Below are positions 27,135 through 38,305 of a stretch of 54,262 nt of DNA, in pieces; within the stretch, counting starts at the first letter, position 1; each line of letters starts with the position of its first letter. The DNA lies in IMG/VR virus record IMGVR_UViG_3300025010_001927, positions 1 through 54,262 of that record, one strand, 5' to 3'. The notes beneath the pieces were generated by a model, which searched no databases, was not told the origin of the DNA, and was given only the letters and a program-made list of their open reading frames with translations. The position numbers were made by a program, and so were the translations under genes. This stretch comes from a virus. Taxonomy: Duplodnaviria; Caudoviricetes.

Positions 27135-29546
27135 TTAAAACATTCGTCTGCTTTGGGTTTCGATTTTTACATGCCAGACTTCCATAATAAATTTGTTTGC
27201 GTCTTCTTCACTGATAAGAGGTAGTAAGTCATCATCAGCTCGGTCCATGATAGGCACATGCCCATAGCGGCTTCGCTTCTTTTCTACAAGCCCATGTACT
27301 TCCATAAGTAGCTGATCGTAACTTGGTGAAATCAATTTTCCTTTTTCAGGCGGACCCTCGGGATACCATTTTTTCCGATATGCTTCCTCAAAGGTTTTTA
27401 TATATTCCTTAAGACCATCGACAACTTCTTTCTTACCCAGCTTCAGAGCTAGTACACCAACATAGCAGGCTCTCTCCATTATTCTTGGTTCTGTAAAACC
27501 ATAACTGTCACCTTCACCTAAGGTCAGCATTTTAATCGCAAAGTTGTAAAGAATTTTAATTGCATCCTTGGCAGTTTGATCTAACTCTTGTTGGATGGCT
27601 CTTATGCCTATTTTTGATGCTGCTTCAATTAAAGAGTCAAACGAATTGTTATCTTTGATCTTTTTAAGGTCATGGGTAAACCATTCTGTCTGGAAGATAT
27701 ACCAACCAATTTGTTTTGTTAGTTCCTCTTTGTCACCTGCCCATTTTTCGTTTTTGGTTAGGTCGACTAATAAACAACCTACATCAGAAATGATCTCACC
27801 AAAGGTGCTGACTAAAATGTGGTTAGCTGTTTTCATCTTTTCTGAAAGGTATCGGAGAGTGGATCTTAACTCCTCTGTAGTAGTAAAGAATGCTTCTTTC
27901 CAGTCATTCCTTTCTTCTTCAGTTTTAGCGTTTGTAGCTGCTCTAGCTGTTTGGAAAATCATTGAGGACATCGCCGTGAATGGACTGGCTAAGTTTGTTT
28001 GGATTGAGAAACTGTTATCTAGAGAGCCGGTCACCATAGAAACATAGGCATAAAAAATAATGTTTCTAAGATGCTCCCATAGAGAACCTAGCTCCATTTC
28101 CAAGTTAAAATATTTTGTTGCTATCAGTTGAGACAAAATCGAAGTGTAAGTATTGATTACCTGACCCAAAACTACGTTATATTTGTTTGTTAGGGCACTC
28201 ATTGCGATCTTGTCGAGCATGTCATAAATCGATATGAACTCGTGGTGGAGGTTTTGCTTTATTACGATTGGAATTATTTCTTCGTATGCTAATATGCCTT
28301 GGAACAAAGCCTCTTGGTTGTTGAATTTAATAGCGCTTTCAAGCAACTGGTTTAAGTAGCCTCTGCATTGCTCCATTATTGGGCTTTCTACTTTATGCTT
28401 GGTCAAATAGTTTATTTCACTGGCAGACTTACATAACTGCACAAAAATAGAAATTACTCTAGTAATCCCTTCGTTATCATTCTCCCTCATGTAATTTTCA
28501 CCAACCGCTACTAATCTTTCGAGTGGAGGAGTTAGGAAAGCACGAGAATCGCTAGTGGTGGCTAAAATGAATCCGGCAGGTAGTACGAATGAGGAATCTT
28601 TTCTGGTCTGAAAATACTTTTGAAGAATATTGGTTACCACCTGCAGAACACCAAGAGCAGAGCTTCTCTCATTGGCGGCTACCAATTTTCCATGATAATC
28701 AAAAAGATAGTTCAGTCTGCTATTGATATAAGCAAACTCTGGTTTCAAATATTGGAATGAGGTTGCCAAAGCCTCCTCTTTGGTAACCTTTTTATCGAGT
28801 TTTGGCTGTCGAATCAAAACATCGGCAATTTCTTGAGCTCGTTTATGAGTAAAGTCTAACTTGGCAAACGCTTGCTTAGAAGCAATTTTTAAGACATTAT
28901 TCGGATCAAGTCTGTCTCGAACCCTTTGGTAAAAGACAAAGGTTAGGTAAAAAACAAAGCCAATTAAGAATAACGCCAGTTGGAAAGAAAATACTGTCAG
29001 CCCCAAGTTGAGCTTCCCAAATAGAAGTGCCAAAGAGAAAACCACCAAGGAACAAATGCTAATGAGAAAAAATATTACATCGTGCAGCCAGTCTCTTGCG
29101 GCTGTCTCATAAAAACCCACCGGAATACGCTCTGCTGCGTTACCCATTAGAAGAATGCTAAGTGAAAAGATAATCGCCAAGATTCCACCAATCATGGCCG
29201 CCACTGCTGTGAAGAAGGTAATGGCATCACTCCTAGCAAATACCGGATCAATAAATTGTCCAAATAAAAAAATCGAGCCAAGGAGAAGTGAGAAATAGAC
29301 CACTGAACCAATAAGCATTCTCTTCGCGTTGAGAAAGTGGAGGATTCTGAATCTAAAGTACGTTTTTACTGTTAGTCTACTTATATAAAAATAGAAGATA
29401 ACAGTTTTTTTAAGTAAAGAAGCCTTTTCAGTTACTTTTTTAAGCCATGAGAGCAAGGTTTTTTTTACGGTCTGAAGAGACTCTAGGCTGAGGTATTCTT
29501 TCAGCTCCCTTTTTCGTTTTTTAGTCTTTTTATTATTTGCACCCAT
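27135..29546 (-). CDS. Membrane protein, 4 N-terminal TMs (DUF2254-like) plus large helical domain
   Basis: Hydrophobic segments at about aa 75-205; last gene of RM operon. Confidence 0.6.
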   Translation of the reverse strand: MGANNKKTKKRKRELKEYLSLESLQTVKKTLLSWLKKVTEKASLLKKTVIFYFYISRLTVKTYFRFRILHFLNAKRMLIGSVVYFSLLLGSIFLFGQFIDPVFARSDAITFFTAVAAMIGGILAIIFSLSILLMGNAAERIPVGFYETAARDWLHDVIFFLISICSLVVFSLALLFGKLNLGLTVFSFQLALFLIGFVFYLTFVFYQRVRDRLDPNNVLKIASKQAFAKLDFTHKRAQEIADVLIRQPKLDKKVTKEEALATSFQYLKPEFAYINSRLNYLFDYHGKLVAANERSSALGVLQVVTNILQKYFQTRKDSSFVLPAGFILATTSDSRAFLTPPLERLVAVGENYMRENDNEGITRVISIFVQLCKSASEINYLTKHKVESPIMEQCRGYLNQLLESAIKFNNQEALFQGILAYEEIIPIVIKQNLHHEFISIYDMLDKIAMSALTNKYNVVLGQVINTYTSILSQLIATKYFNLEMELGSLWEHLRNIIFYAYVSMVTGSLDNSFSIQTNLASPFTAMSSMIFQTARAATNAKTEEERNDWKEAFFTTTEELRSTLRYLSEKMKTANHILVSTFGEIISDVGCLLVDLTKNEKWAGDKEELTKQIGWYIFQTEWFTHDLKKIKDNNSFDSLIEAASKIGIRAIQQELDQTAKDAIKILYNFAIKMLTLGEGDSYGFTEPRIMERACYVGVLALKLGKKEVVDGLKEYIKTFEEAYRKKWYPEGPPEKGKLISPSYDQLLMEVHGLVEKKRSRYGHVPIMDRADDDLLPLISEEDANKFIMEVWHVKIETQSRRMF

Positions 29547-29563
29547 ATCTGCCTATTTAGCAG

Positions 29564-31891
29564 TTAATCGATCTTTGATGCGCTGCTAATGATCGCATCA
29601 AAACTGTTAATCTTATTAACAGCCGTATGGGGCAGGAGTTTATAAATCCATTTTCCTCCGGTGGCTTCTGAGGCGATTTTACACCATTCCTCAGCTTGTT
29701 TAGCCTTGGCAAAAACCTCAGGATCTTTTTTGTCAATCTTGGTTTTGTCTTTTACCTCTACAAGGTAGCTCCCATCTTTGCGCTCCACAATGAAATCAGG
29801 ATTGTAGTTACTACCATAGACATACTTGATTGGAAGCTGTCCATTACGTAATCTCACCCAAGTTATAACAGTTGAGTCTTTCTCGAGTGAATCTGCCAGT
29901 AGCTTCTCTTGAGCAGAATCAAAGACGTAAGCTGAATAAACACTCTTGTTATAGCCTTCGATAATATTTCCACGCGACTCTTTTTCAGTAACAGCATTCT
30001 TATCTAAGAGGGTGTCTGTAACTTTTATTGATTTTATATACGGCTCAAATCCAAGTTCTTGATCCAGTGCTTTGAATTTAATCTGTGTTTTTTCTTCAAG
30101 ACGCGCTCGAATTTGTGGCAAGAGATCATCTAAAATCGTTTGTTCATGTAACCGCACTAGTTTTGACAGCACATCTTTTTCTGCCTTTACCTGAGATAAA
30201 TAGTGTTTGACTATCTTCTGTAAAACCTCTTTAAAGGCAATGTCTAGCTCTGTCATTTCTCGAATAATTAAGCGCACAATCCTGTTAACCGGATCGATTT
30301 CATTCTTGCTTTCAGTTAAATCAACTTCGACTTCTTCTGTTTCTCTTGAAACAATATCTACCTTAATAAGTTTAGGCGCAATCTTTTTAAGTTCCTCCAG
30401 ACGCATCTCTGGGTCAAAATATTCTAGTTTGTTACTTGAGAAGACTTTGGTTTCAACAATAGGTATTTTTACCCAGAGTTTTTTGTTCTCTGTTGGTTTA
30501 ATCTCAATAGATTTCAATTCTTCTCGATCTCTAGTTTCTTTAACTCCAATCAATCCCTCTGCTACTTCGTGAGCCACAGCAATCACTCTGGCAAAGTTAT
30601 CGTGAGAAATAATATCTAGGGAATCAATTGCTTCGACACCAGTCAGCTGACCAAAGGGTAAACGAAGACCACGGCCAATGGTTTGCTCAATAAGAGTCTT
30701 ACTGATAGCTGCTCTGAAGGGAATGATTGTATAAACATTGCGAACGTCCCAACCTTCCTTTAGTTTGTCAACATGGATGACAATTTCATTTTTATTAAGA
30801 GGGAATGGTTCCTCAAGTCGAAGGAGTTGGTTGATAGAGTCAATTTCACTTTCACTGGTAACTACTAAGGTTTTGTCCTTGTAGTATCCATCAAAGAACT
30901 CCTTACTGGTAATCAAAGCCTTTACATCATCAGAATGTTGGATAGATTTCGTGGTGATGAGCGTTATTGGCAATATAAAGGGTAGCTTGTTGTTTTTACT
31001 ATATTCCTCTACAAGGGCTTTCTTTTCTCGGTGGAGTCTAATACCGTCTTCTAATTTAACAAGCTCCTGGTCGCCTTTATATGTGTAGTTATCACTTCGA
31101 GCAATAACGTAAGGAATTTTAATGTAGCCACCTTTAGCACTTTCGCCAGCTTCAAGTTGTTCTAGGGCTTTCCTGGAGTCTTTAATTGCATCAGCAAGAG
31201 AGTAGGTGTAAACGACATTTGGACTGCTTGGAGTAGCTGTAAACTCTAAGCCTAGCTCTGGTTTTAGATTATTAACTGCTCTAATTGACTTCTCGCCTCG
31301 ATACCGGTGACTTTCATCCATCAAAATGACGAGGTCTTTTCTCTGAAGTAACTCGGCAAAGCTAGAACCCAATGTCTCTTGGTATTTGTGGAACTTAAAC
31401 TCTACGTCTTTTCTCTCATTGAAAATTTTTTGGATATTGAAGACGTAAATGTTTACTGCATCAAATAATTGGTTTCCAAAGTCTGCATATTCATAATTCT
31501 CGCCTGTTACAAGATTAAAGAAGGGGAAGCCTACTAATCCATCAAAGACGTATTTTTTGCTTCCAGGAGTGAAGTTGTCGATAGTCTTGGTATAAATAGT
31601 TTCACTAGGGGTAAGAATAAAGAAGTCTTTAAGTCCTTTAGTGTAGTAGAGCTGGGCAATCATTGCTGCCATCAATCTGGTCTTACCAACTCCAGTAGCT
31701 AGAGCAAAAGTGAACGATGGAAACTCTGTATCAAATTTAATATTGCCAACTAATTTTGCTTCGATTTCTTCAGGAGTATCTTTTCCAATACGCACATCAG
31801 CAAGAATTGCATTCAATTTTTGCAATGATAATTCTTGAGGTTTTCTCAAGCTTAGTTCTTTGGTTATTTTTTCTACAACAGTTTTACTCAT
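29564..31891 (-). CDS. res: Type III restriction enzyme Res subunit
   Basis: ATGVGKT, DESH, FTATP, LKEGWDV, QTIGRGLR, YNPDF...EVK. Confidence 0.9.
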   Translation of the reverse strand: MSKTVVEKITKELSLRKPQELSLQKLNAILADVRIGKDTPEEIEAKLVGNIKFDTEFPSFTFALATGVGKTRLMAAMIAQLYYTKGLKDFFILTPSETIYTKTIDNFTPGSKKYVFDGLVGFPFFNLVTGENYEYADFGNQLFDAVNIYVFNIQKIFNERKDVEFKFHKYQETLGSSFAELLQRKDLVILMDESHRYRGEKSIRAVNNLKPELGLEFTATPSSPNVVYTYSLADAIKDSRKALEQLEAGESAKGGYIKIPYVIARSDNYTYKGDQELVKLEDGIRLHREKKALVEEYSKNNKLPFILPITLITTKSIQHSDDVKALITSKEFFDGYYKDKTLVVTSESEIDSINQLLRLEEPFPLNKNEIVIHVDKLKEGWDVRNVYTIIPFRAAISKTLIEQTIGRGLRLPFGQLTGVEAIDSLDIISHDNFARVIAVAHEVAEGLIGVKETRDREELKSIEIKPTENKKLWVKIPIVETKVFSSNKLEYFDPEMRLEELKKIAPKLIKVDIVSRETEEVEVDLTESKNEIDPVNRIVRLIIREMTELDIAFKEVLQKIVKHYLSQVKAEKDVLSKLVRLHEQTILDDLLPQIRARLEEKTQIKFKALDQELGFEPYIKSIKVTDTLLDKNAVTEKESRGNIIEGYNKSVYSAYVFDSAQEKLLADSLEKDSTVITWVRLRNGQLPIKYVYGSNYNPDFIVERKDGSYLVEVKDKTKIDKKDPEVFAKAKQAEEWCKIASEATGGKWIYKLLPHTAVNKINSFDAIISSASKID

Positions 31892-33540
31892 ACGTTAAAT
31901 TTCTTAAGTAATACATCAGGCATTCTTTTTACTTCTACATTATCCGGCAATTTCAAACTACTTGAGATAGTTTTTGCATAGATTACTAAATAATCGGCTT
32001 TATCGCCAATTTCGTTTAGTAAAACATTAATGTAATCTTGGGTTAGGTATTGTTCTGTTACGTGAGCTGCTGTACTTCCAGAGAGTCCATGCAAGCCATT
32101 GTCTGGATTATATGGTTTAAATCCTTCAACTTTAAGGACTGCCCTAATTAGTTTACCGTTATACATTTTAGGATTAATGATTGTGTAGCGTAAATCATCA
32201 TCTTGAATAAATAAACTCTCTCCAAGTTCAAAATATTTAAATCCGCTTCCACCTTTCCAAGCAATCTCTTTACTTATTCCTGTTTGATCTTCTCCAGATA
32301 CAACTCGTTGAAGTCTTGGAGCAATGTGAGTATTGGCTTGTTCGCCGAACTCAACCATGATCCAATTTCTACCCATCTTATGCGCTACAGCTCCAGATGT
32401 TCCTGATCCAGCAAAAGAATCTAAGACAAAATCTCCTGGTTTAGAAAAATGCCTTATTATAATCTCGAGCAATTTCTCTGGCTTTTTACCGCTTCTAAAT
32501 TCTACTCCTCCCTCAAGCCGACAATTTCCAAAACTCGCAGCTAAATCATAAAAGTTTTCTATCGGGGAGCGTTTCATCTTGTCTTTGTCTGAAAGACTAC
32601 TCATTGGTACACCTTGATAATACTTACCTTTTGTAGCTCCTTCCCGTTGTGGTCCAGTAAAGTAGCGGTAATCAAATTTGTCATCACCAATTCCGAAGAC
32701 TTTATATAAAACACCATACCCATCAGATTCATATCTTCCGGTAAGAAAATCTCTAAAAAATCTTCCAGATGAATTACCGTCTAGGATCGTACCGGATGCC
32801 CAGATTTCCTTTAACCCATTATCCCCAGCTTCACCTTTTCTTATTTTGTATTGTCCTTTTTCAAACATAATGGCTTTTTTATTGCCTAAGGTAATCTCTT
32901 TACCCTCTGTCAGTTCATCAACATAATATTGGAACTTTTCAAAAGACGTTACTGTTTCTGTGAGGTTTGGTTTTGCGCTATAAGACTTGCGATAGATATA
33001 AATTCTCTCAATTTCTTTGTGATAATCCATATCACTTTTGAGAGTTTTCTCTGGATATCGAACTCTCACATAAAATGTAGCTTGGTGATTATCACGTCCG
33101 AAGGTTTCATCAAGCAAAACTTTTAGGTAGTCACCCTCAGTATCATCTATATGACAGCAAATAAATCCGTCACGGCGAAGCAGCTGTTTGAGCAACTCTA
33201 ATCTATCTCTCATCATTGTTAGCCAAATAGATTGCTCTAGTCCGTCTTCGTAGTGTTCAAAAGCGTTTCCAGTATTGTAAGGAGGATCAATGTAAATTAA
33301 ATTAATTTTATTTCTGTAATCTTGAAGTAATGATTTCAACCCAAGCAGGTTGTCACCCTTTATAAGAATATTGTCGGAATCTTTTTCCCCATAATCTTCT
33401 TTTTCAATTAAAATGCGCGGCTCAGATACTCTTGGGTCTTTTTTGTGAACCCATACATATTGTTTAGTCTCAGCATCGTAATAAAGACTTTTCTCTTTAT
33501 TTGTCCAAGTGAGTTCTAGTTTTTTATCGTTTTTAATCAT
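31888..33540 (-). CDS. mod: Type III RM Mod adenine methyltransferase
   Basis: IKGDNL, IYIDPPYNTG, KKPEKL, LDSFAGSGT. Confidence 0.9.
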   Translation of the reverse strand: MIKNDKKLELTWTNKEKSLYYDAETKQYVWVHKKDPRVSEPRILIEKEDYGEKDSDNILIKGDNLLGLKSLLQDYRNKINLIYIDPPYNTGNAFEHYEDGLEQSIWLTMMRDRLELLKQLLRRDGFICCHIDDTEGDYLKVLLDETFGRDNHQATFYVRVRYPEKTLKSDMDYHKEIERIYIYRKSYSAKPNLTETVTSFEKFQYYVDELTEGKEITLGNKKAIMFEKGQYKIRKGEAGDNGLKEIWASGTILDGNSSGRFFRDFLTGRYESDGYGVLYKVFGIGDDKFDYRYFTGPQREGATKGKYYQGVPMSSLSDKDKMKRSPIENFYDLAASFGNCRLEGGVEFRSGKKPEKLLEIIIRHFSKPGDFVLDSFAGSGTSGAVAHKMGRNWIMVEFGEQANTHIAPRLQRVVSGEDQTGISKEIAWKGGSGFKYFELGESLFIQDDDLRYTIINPKMYNGKLIRAVLKVEGFKPYNPDNGLHGLSGSTAAHVTEQYLTQDYINVLLNEIGDKADYLVIYAKTISSSLKLPDNVEVKRMPDVLLKKFNV

Positions 33541-33545
33541 ATTTA

Positions 33546-34826
33546 TTATCTTTTATTATAAATGCTGAACTCATGAGTACCTAACACAAGTATCTTATTG
33601 ACTCTCATCTTCTTTGCGGTCTTGTCTGATAGGTTAAAGGCATGACCATTACCAATGGTATTAGTAGCAAGAGAGAAGGGGCTTTTGCCTAGATTAATCT
33701 GGTATGCAATTGTATCCATAAAAGCTACTTTTCCTATTAAAAATCCGTTCACAACTTCAAATGCCACAAAGTAGTGATTATTTCCTTGTTTAATTCTTTC
33801 AGAAACGAAGTTGTTATTTATTACGCTAACAAAGTTTTTAGCATCCCCGGTTCCTTCTTTTATGAAGTCACATACAGGCTTTAATTCTTCTGAATAAATG
33901 GTTGAAAGAAAGCCACTTGCATTGGCACAATATACGAAATACTCGAAAACTACTTTTGCGACAAAGCGAGCAGTTTTAATATCTACGTTTTGCTGTGCAA
34001 TAAAGCTTGATTTAATTTGTTTTGATTCTTCGTTGACTGTTTCGTCACTAAAATTCGCCTTTAAAGCTAATGCTGTCATTGCTGCTTCAACAATCTTTAC
34101 AGAATCATCTCTGTCACCAACCCATTCTGCAGTTTCAGCTCCTTCTCTAAAAGGCTTGATTTTGTATTTCAACTTATTAATTTCATTTTTGGATGTTATA
34201 GAAGCTACTTCTTCAGCGAAGACAAAGGCATAAAGATCGCCCTTCTTTAATAATAGGAGTGGGTCTTTAGTTGACCCAATTTTTTCAAGTACGCTTTTTA
34301 CTAGCAAAAATAATGGATCGAACGTAATTGTTTCATCGGAAGAAAAATGGAATTTTAAGAGACTAGAGTCGTATAAAATAACAGAGCTTTGCTTATCTTT
34401 CTTTCTTCTTAGATGGAGTCTTGCAATTAAGCCCTCAAAGCTTTTCTCTGCAAAGTGTTTTTCAATTGATTTGCCCAGGATCTCATTGCAGTTATCACAC
34501 ACTACATCACCCAGAAAGTAGATGTCTGGCTGAAAATTGCCCATGAATTGACTCAGCACATGAGCTTTTCTCTTAAAAGAGTCAGGCTCCTGATTATTAC
34601 AGTAAATACATCTCGGACTTTGCTTTGTCATAATCGTTTTTTTGCTGTCCAAAATAGCTCTAATGGCCTCAGGGTCGTAACGCCTATCACCACGATCACT
34701 TACCCTAATTGCTTTTAATTTTCCACTTGTATCCCAACGCCTTAATGTCTCGACATGGACATTTAATATTTCCGCCGCTTGGCGAATAGTTAAAAGTTTT
34801 GGTAGGCTATCTTTCTTGTTTGGCAT
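33546..34826 (-). CDS. Excisionase/MerR-like HTH fused to HNH endonuclease
   Basis: LTIRQAAEILNVHVETLRRWD; CIYC...AHV...VVCDNCN. Confidence 0.75.
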   Translation of the reverse strand: MPNKKDSLPKLLTIRQAAEILNVHVETLRRWDTSGKLKAIRVSDRGDRRYDPEAIRAILDSKKTIMTKQSPRCIYCNNQEPDSFKRKAHVLSQFMGNFQPDIYFLGDVVCDNCNEILGKSIEKHFAEKSFEGLIARLHLRRKKDKQSSVILYDSSLLKFHFSSDETITFDPLFLLVKSVLEKIGSTKDPLLLLKKGDLYAFVFAEEVASITSKNEINKLKYKIKPFREGAETAEWVGDRDDSVKIVEAAMTALALKANFSDETVNEESKQIKSSFIAQQNVDIKTARFVAKVVFEYFVYCANASGFLSTIYSEELKPVCDFIKEGTGDAKNFVSVINNNFVSERIKQGNNHYFVAFEVVNGFLIGKVAFMDTIAYQINLGKSPFSLATNTIGNGHAFNLSDKTAKKMRVNKILVLGTHEFSIYNKR

Positions 34827-34883
34827 ACCTCAACTTAATTATACAAAAATAAAGCCTAAATTGGTATACTAGCAATGTAGTTT

Positions 34884-36551
34884 ATGAAACAAATCCCATC
34901 ACATAGCCAAAATGACTTTACTGACAAAGAATCAGTTAGTTTGATAGAAAACACCTTAGCTCACCACAAAAGGGTGATGTCAAAACTATATTCAAGTGAT
35001 AAGTGGCCTAATATTGATGGGCATATTGAAGTTCAAGATGTTAATAACATCCTAGTGGGGCGTTCATATGTACAGGTGAAGACACTTCCTGTTAATCACA
35101 ACTTAAAGTTTGCATGTCCGGTATCTTTTTTTTCAAGCTGCGAGTTAGAACCATGTTTTTTGTTTGGTGTCGATAATCAAAATGGGAGAGTCTATTGGCT
35201 TTATTTCGATGCTCACGTTATAAAAGAAATTGACTTTGAAGATAATACATCTACAAAAACGATTGAGTTTAACGAATCACAATACTTTGACAAGAATAAA
35301 ACAGATTATGTTGAGGCTTGGGAAAAAATCATCAAGGACAATCAACAAAAATTCAAACACTACAACGAGCTCAAGACTTCATATGAGCTGATTCTCAGCA
35401 GTTCTAATAGAGCTATAGGGAAAACTGATAAGAACTTTTCTAAGATTCATCTATTTCTTGATGAACTCAATAACAAATTAGACCACCAATTTCAAATAGT
35501 AAAAGACATCTTTTATCCAAGAACCTGGAAAATAGGACTTGCTTACTACGATTATGAAGGCACCACGGTTAGTTATACTCCATTTCCCATTCCCATCGAT
35601 CAAAATGACGTTCAAATAAAAGAAGTTGACAACACTTTGCGAGATAAATTGAAGCAACAAGGCCTTGGGTTTACTGGACACTTTGCTGAAAACCCTATTG
35701 AGGTTAGGCCAAGAGAATATGCGAAAGAAATTATAGGTTCAAAAATGACATCTATCTTGGAGAGGCAACTTCTAAACCACAAAGGGCACGAGTTGTTGGC
35801 TCAAGAAACTGTGTTTAACTTCATTAATAGTTACCACGACTACTTAGATTTACCTAAAAAAGACTCTTACTCTGTCGAAGAAGTAAAAAGTAGCAATGAA
35901 TTAATGCGGATGAAAAACACTTCCTTGTTATCTATAAATGCAAGGCACATCAATCTAAGTATTTTTTGGGAACTCTTAAATTTCTTGGAATCAAAACAAC
36001 TGCCAATCAGTAGAGTGTATAGGGCAAAAGATTTTTCAAGGATTCCCAATGGTGGCTGGGTTTGGGATGTTTTCTCAAAACCAGATACGGAACATAACTT
36101 AAATATTGTTTTTGATAATCTTCCTTCGGCTTATGAACAGCTCATCTTTAATAACTTCCCTTTGCTTAAAGAAGAGTTTTCACTCTTTCAAGAAGCAGAC
36201 AAAATCCTCGTTCGCTACAAGCTTAAAGAAAGGTACACGGATTACGGCTCAGGACCTACTTATGAAATGTTTTACCTCAAGGCAGATAGTGGTGCTTCAC
36301 AAAAATCAATTGAAGTAATAGGAGATAGTGAGGCAGATGTACTTAACAAGTTATTTTATAGTGGTGGACCTTACAAATTTGAATATAAGGGTATCCAATA
36401 CACCTTACTTTCAGTACATCACAGCGTCCTAGATTTTATTTACGACGATACGCCATTATTCAAGTTAGTGTACGAAATACTCCTTCAAAGAGTTAAACAG
36501 TATTTTGAAAAAAGTAAGCAAGAACAGTCTATGGAGATTGCTAAACCTTAG
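34884..36551 (+). CDS. DUF4365-like PD-(D/E)XK nuclease domain protein
   Basis: DKWPNIDGHIE...YVQVK N-terminal motif. Confidence 0.7.
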   Translation: MKQIPSHSQNDFTDKESVSLIENTLAHHKRVMSKLYSSDKWPNIDGHIEVQDVNNILVGRSYVQVKTLPVNHNLKFACPVSFFSSCELEPCFLFGVDNQNGRVYWLYFDAHVIKEIDFEDNTSTKTIEFNESQYFDKNKTDYVEAWEKIIKDNQQKFKHYNELKTSYELILSSSNRAIGKTDKNFSKIHLFLDELNNKLDHQFQIVKDIFYPRTWKIGLAYYDYEGTTVSYTPFPIPIDQNDVQIKEVDNTLRDKLKQQGLGFTGHFAENPIEVRPREYAKEIIGSKMTSILERQLLNHKGHELLAQETVFNFINSYHDYLDLPKKDSYSVEEVKSSNELMRMKNTSLLSINARHINLSIFWELLNFLESKQLPISRVYRAKDFSRIPNGGWVWDVFSKPDTEHNLNIVFDNLPSAYEQLIFNNFPLLKEEFSLFQEADKILVRYKLKERYTDYGSGPTYEMFYLKADSGASQKSIEVIGDSEADVLNKLFYSGGPYKFEYKGIQYTLLSVHHSVLDFIYDDTPLFKLVYEILLQRVKQYFEKSKQEQSMEIAKP

Positions 36552-36558
36552 GTTGTTT

Positions 36559-37119
36559 TTACTCAAAGCTTATTGTGGACAGTATCTGCTCAGTAATCAC
36601 TTTGTTTTCTTCAGTAGGTGGCCATGTCGAGAAAGAGAGGGGTTTACCGTCTTTAATGACAAGAACTTGGTATCTAGTCTTAGGACCAATAACAAGCCCT
36701 TCAAAGCCCACGTAATCGCCTACGGTGGCTTCTTTGATGGTGCCTGGGTCTGTATCTTTCTTTACTTGTTCTAATCCTTGTTCTGTCATTTCGTTGTCGG
36801 CTTGATAAAGGCTATAAAGTTGGTAAGTCGGTTCATCCTCAGGCCCTGATTCTATATAAAAATTGATAAACCGATCATTTGCTATGTCTTGCCTAAATCT
36901 CATTCCTTCAGGCACAGTCACATAAAGTCCGACAGGTGCTATAAACTTCTCGTTTTGTTTAAGTGATCTGCCTGGAGTTGCCTCTGGTGTTGGAGTAGTC
37001 TGAACTTGTTCTGGTATAGGCGCCGCCGATTTAATGGCCGCTTGCCTTTGGGAATATATCCATATACCTGATATGACGATCACGGCGAGAGCAATAAGTG
37101 TTATTGGTTTTAGTTTCAT
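36559..37119 (-). CDS. Membrane-anchored exported protein
   Basis: N-terminal TM, TPTP linker; start MKLKP. Confidence 0.65.
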   Translation of the reverse strand: MKLKPITLIALAVIVISGIWIYSQRQAAIKSAAPIPEQVQTTPTPEATPGRSLKQNEKFIAPVGLYVTVPEGMRFRQDIANDRFINFYIESGPEDEPTYQLYSLYQADNEMTEQGLEQVKKDTDPGTIKEATVGDYVGFEGLVIGPKTRYQVLVIKDGKPLSFSTWPPTEENKVITEQILSTISFE

Positions 37120-37123
37120 ATTC

Positions 37124-37639
37124 TTATTTTTCAGGTCTTTGACTTGGTCCACCGCGTCCACTTGGCATAAATAGGTAGTTATAAGCGGTGAAATCGTTGG
37201 CGAATTTAGCTTTGTTGAGCAAGGTATCCGCAATTTCTTCATCAGTCATTTGGTAGTTCAAGTAGTAATGACTGTTTATGTCGATAGTATTGTTACCAAC
37301 TTTGATTGAATCTTCTTGGCCAGATGTAGTGTCTTTAGTTGTCTCCAAGAGTTTGTTGAGCTTTGCTTCGCTATCTATAAATCCATAGTAGTAAAGGTTA
37401 CCCACTATGCCTTGGACTGTTGTTGTCTTGCTTACTCGTAAGTCAACGCCGTTTACAGCCATTTCCTCGGCTTCAGCGGGGCTTACACGCATATGTTCTA
37501 TAAAGTAAGCCTCTACGGTCTTACGTTGTTCTGGTGGAAGATAATTTTCAGGGTAGGGGTTGCGATTCTTTAGGTAAAAATAACTTCCGGCGAGCAGTAG
37601 GAGGATGGTTATTGTGATTACTATCATTGTTCTTCTCAT
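37124..37639 (-). CDS. Membrane-anchored protein resembling MltG N-terminal domain
   Basis: TM; IVGNLYYYGFIDS...YYLNYQMTDEEIADTL. Confidence 0.55.
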   Translation of the reverse strand: MRRTMIVITITILLLLAGSYFYLKNRNPYPENYLPPEQRKTVEAYFIEHMRVSPAEAEEMAVNGVDLRVSKTTTVQGIVGNLYYYGFIDSEAKLNKLLETTKDTTSGQEDSIKVGNNTIDINSHYYLNYQMTDEEIADTLLNKAKFANDFTAYNYLFMPSGRGGPSQRPEK

Positions 37640-37731
37640 GGCTGTATGAGCTAAATATATCAAATTTGAGTGCTATAGTCTAGTTTTTTCCTACTTATCT
37701 TATTTGTCTTACAAAACCTTTCAAGAACGAA

Positions 37732-37758
37732 CCTAGCCCCTTGATCAGGGGGGCTAGG
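37732..37758 (-). terminator. Intrinsic terminator
   Basis: CCTAGCCCC...GGGGCTAGG followed by TTCGTTCTT. Confidence 0.7.
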
Positions 37759-37786
37759 CAGGAACAGATATAAAACGAAGACTTAC

Positions 37787-38305
37787 CTAGTCGGCTATCT
37801 TCATTTCATCAAAGCCAATCTTGGATGTGCCATTGCATGGATTGTCATCCAACCAGACATTTCCAATGTTGTACCACCACGGATCGCTTGGATCTGTTCT
37901 TACCCAGGCATCATAGTATGAATTCTGGTTTATAGAAAAGTGATACTGGCTTGCTGTATTGTAGCTGAGCAAGTACGGAGCTGCCGTGTTAACCGCATTA
38001 GTCCCTGGAATATAGGTATCATGCGTAGCCCAACCATTTGGACCAGCACCGTTATTCCATTTGGCATAATTACTTAGCGAACATCCAGAGTAGGTATACT
38101 TCATGTGTGTTGGACTACAACTTCCACTGTCATAACAGTAACCTTCATTGTTCACCTGGTACCAGTACTGACCTGGACCATATGCCGTATAGTAGCCTCC
38201 ATCGTTTGCGTAGATAGTGACTGCAGCGTGGGCAGCTTGTGCTCCTGTTGTCATCATGAAGACTCCAACAAGTAACCCGAATAGCATTTTTGATAGTTTT
38301 TTCAT
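37787..38305 (-). CDS. Secreted aromatic/Cys-rich beta protein (golvesin-like)
   Basis: Signal peptide ending AHA; YIPG, INQ, GFDEMKI. Confidence 0.6.
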   Translation of the reverse strand: MKKLSKMLFGLLVGVFMMTTGAQAAHAAVTIYANDGGYYTAYGPGQYWYQVNNEGYCYDSGSCSPTHMKYTYSGCSLSNYAKWNNGAGPNGWATHDTYIPGTNAVNTAAPYLLSYNTASQYHFSINQNSYYDAWVRTDPSDPWWYNIGNVWLDDNPCNGTSKIGFDEMKIAD

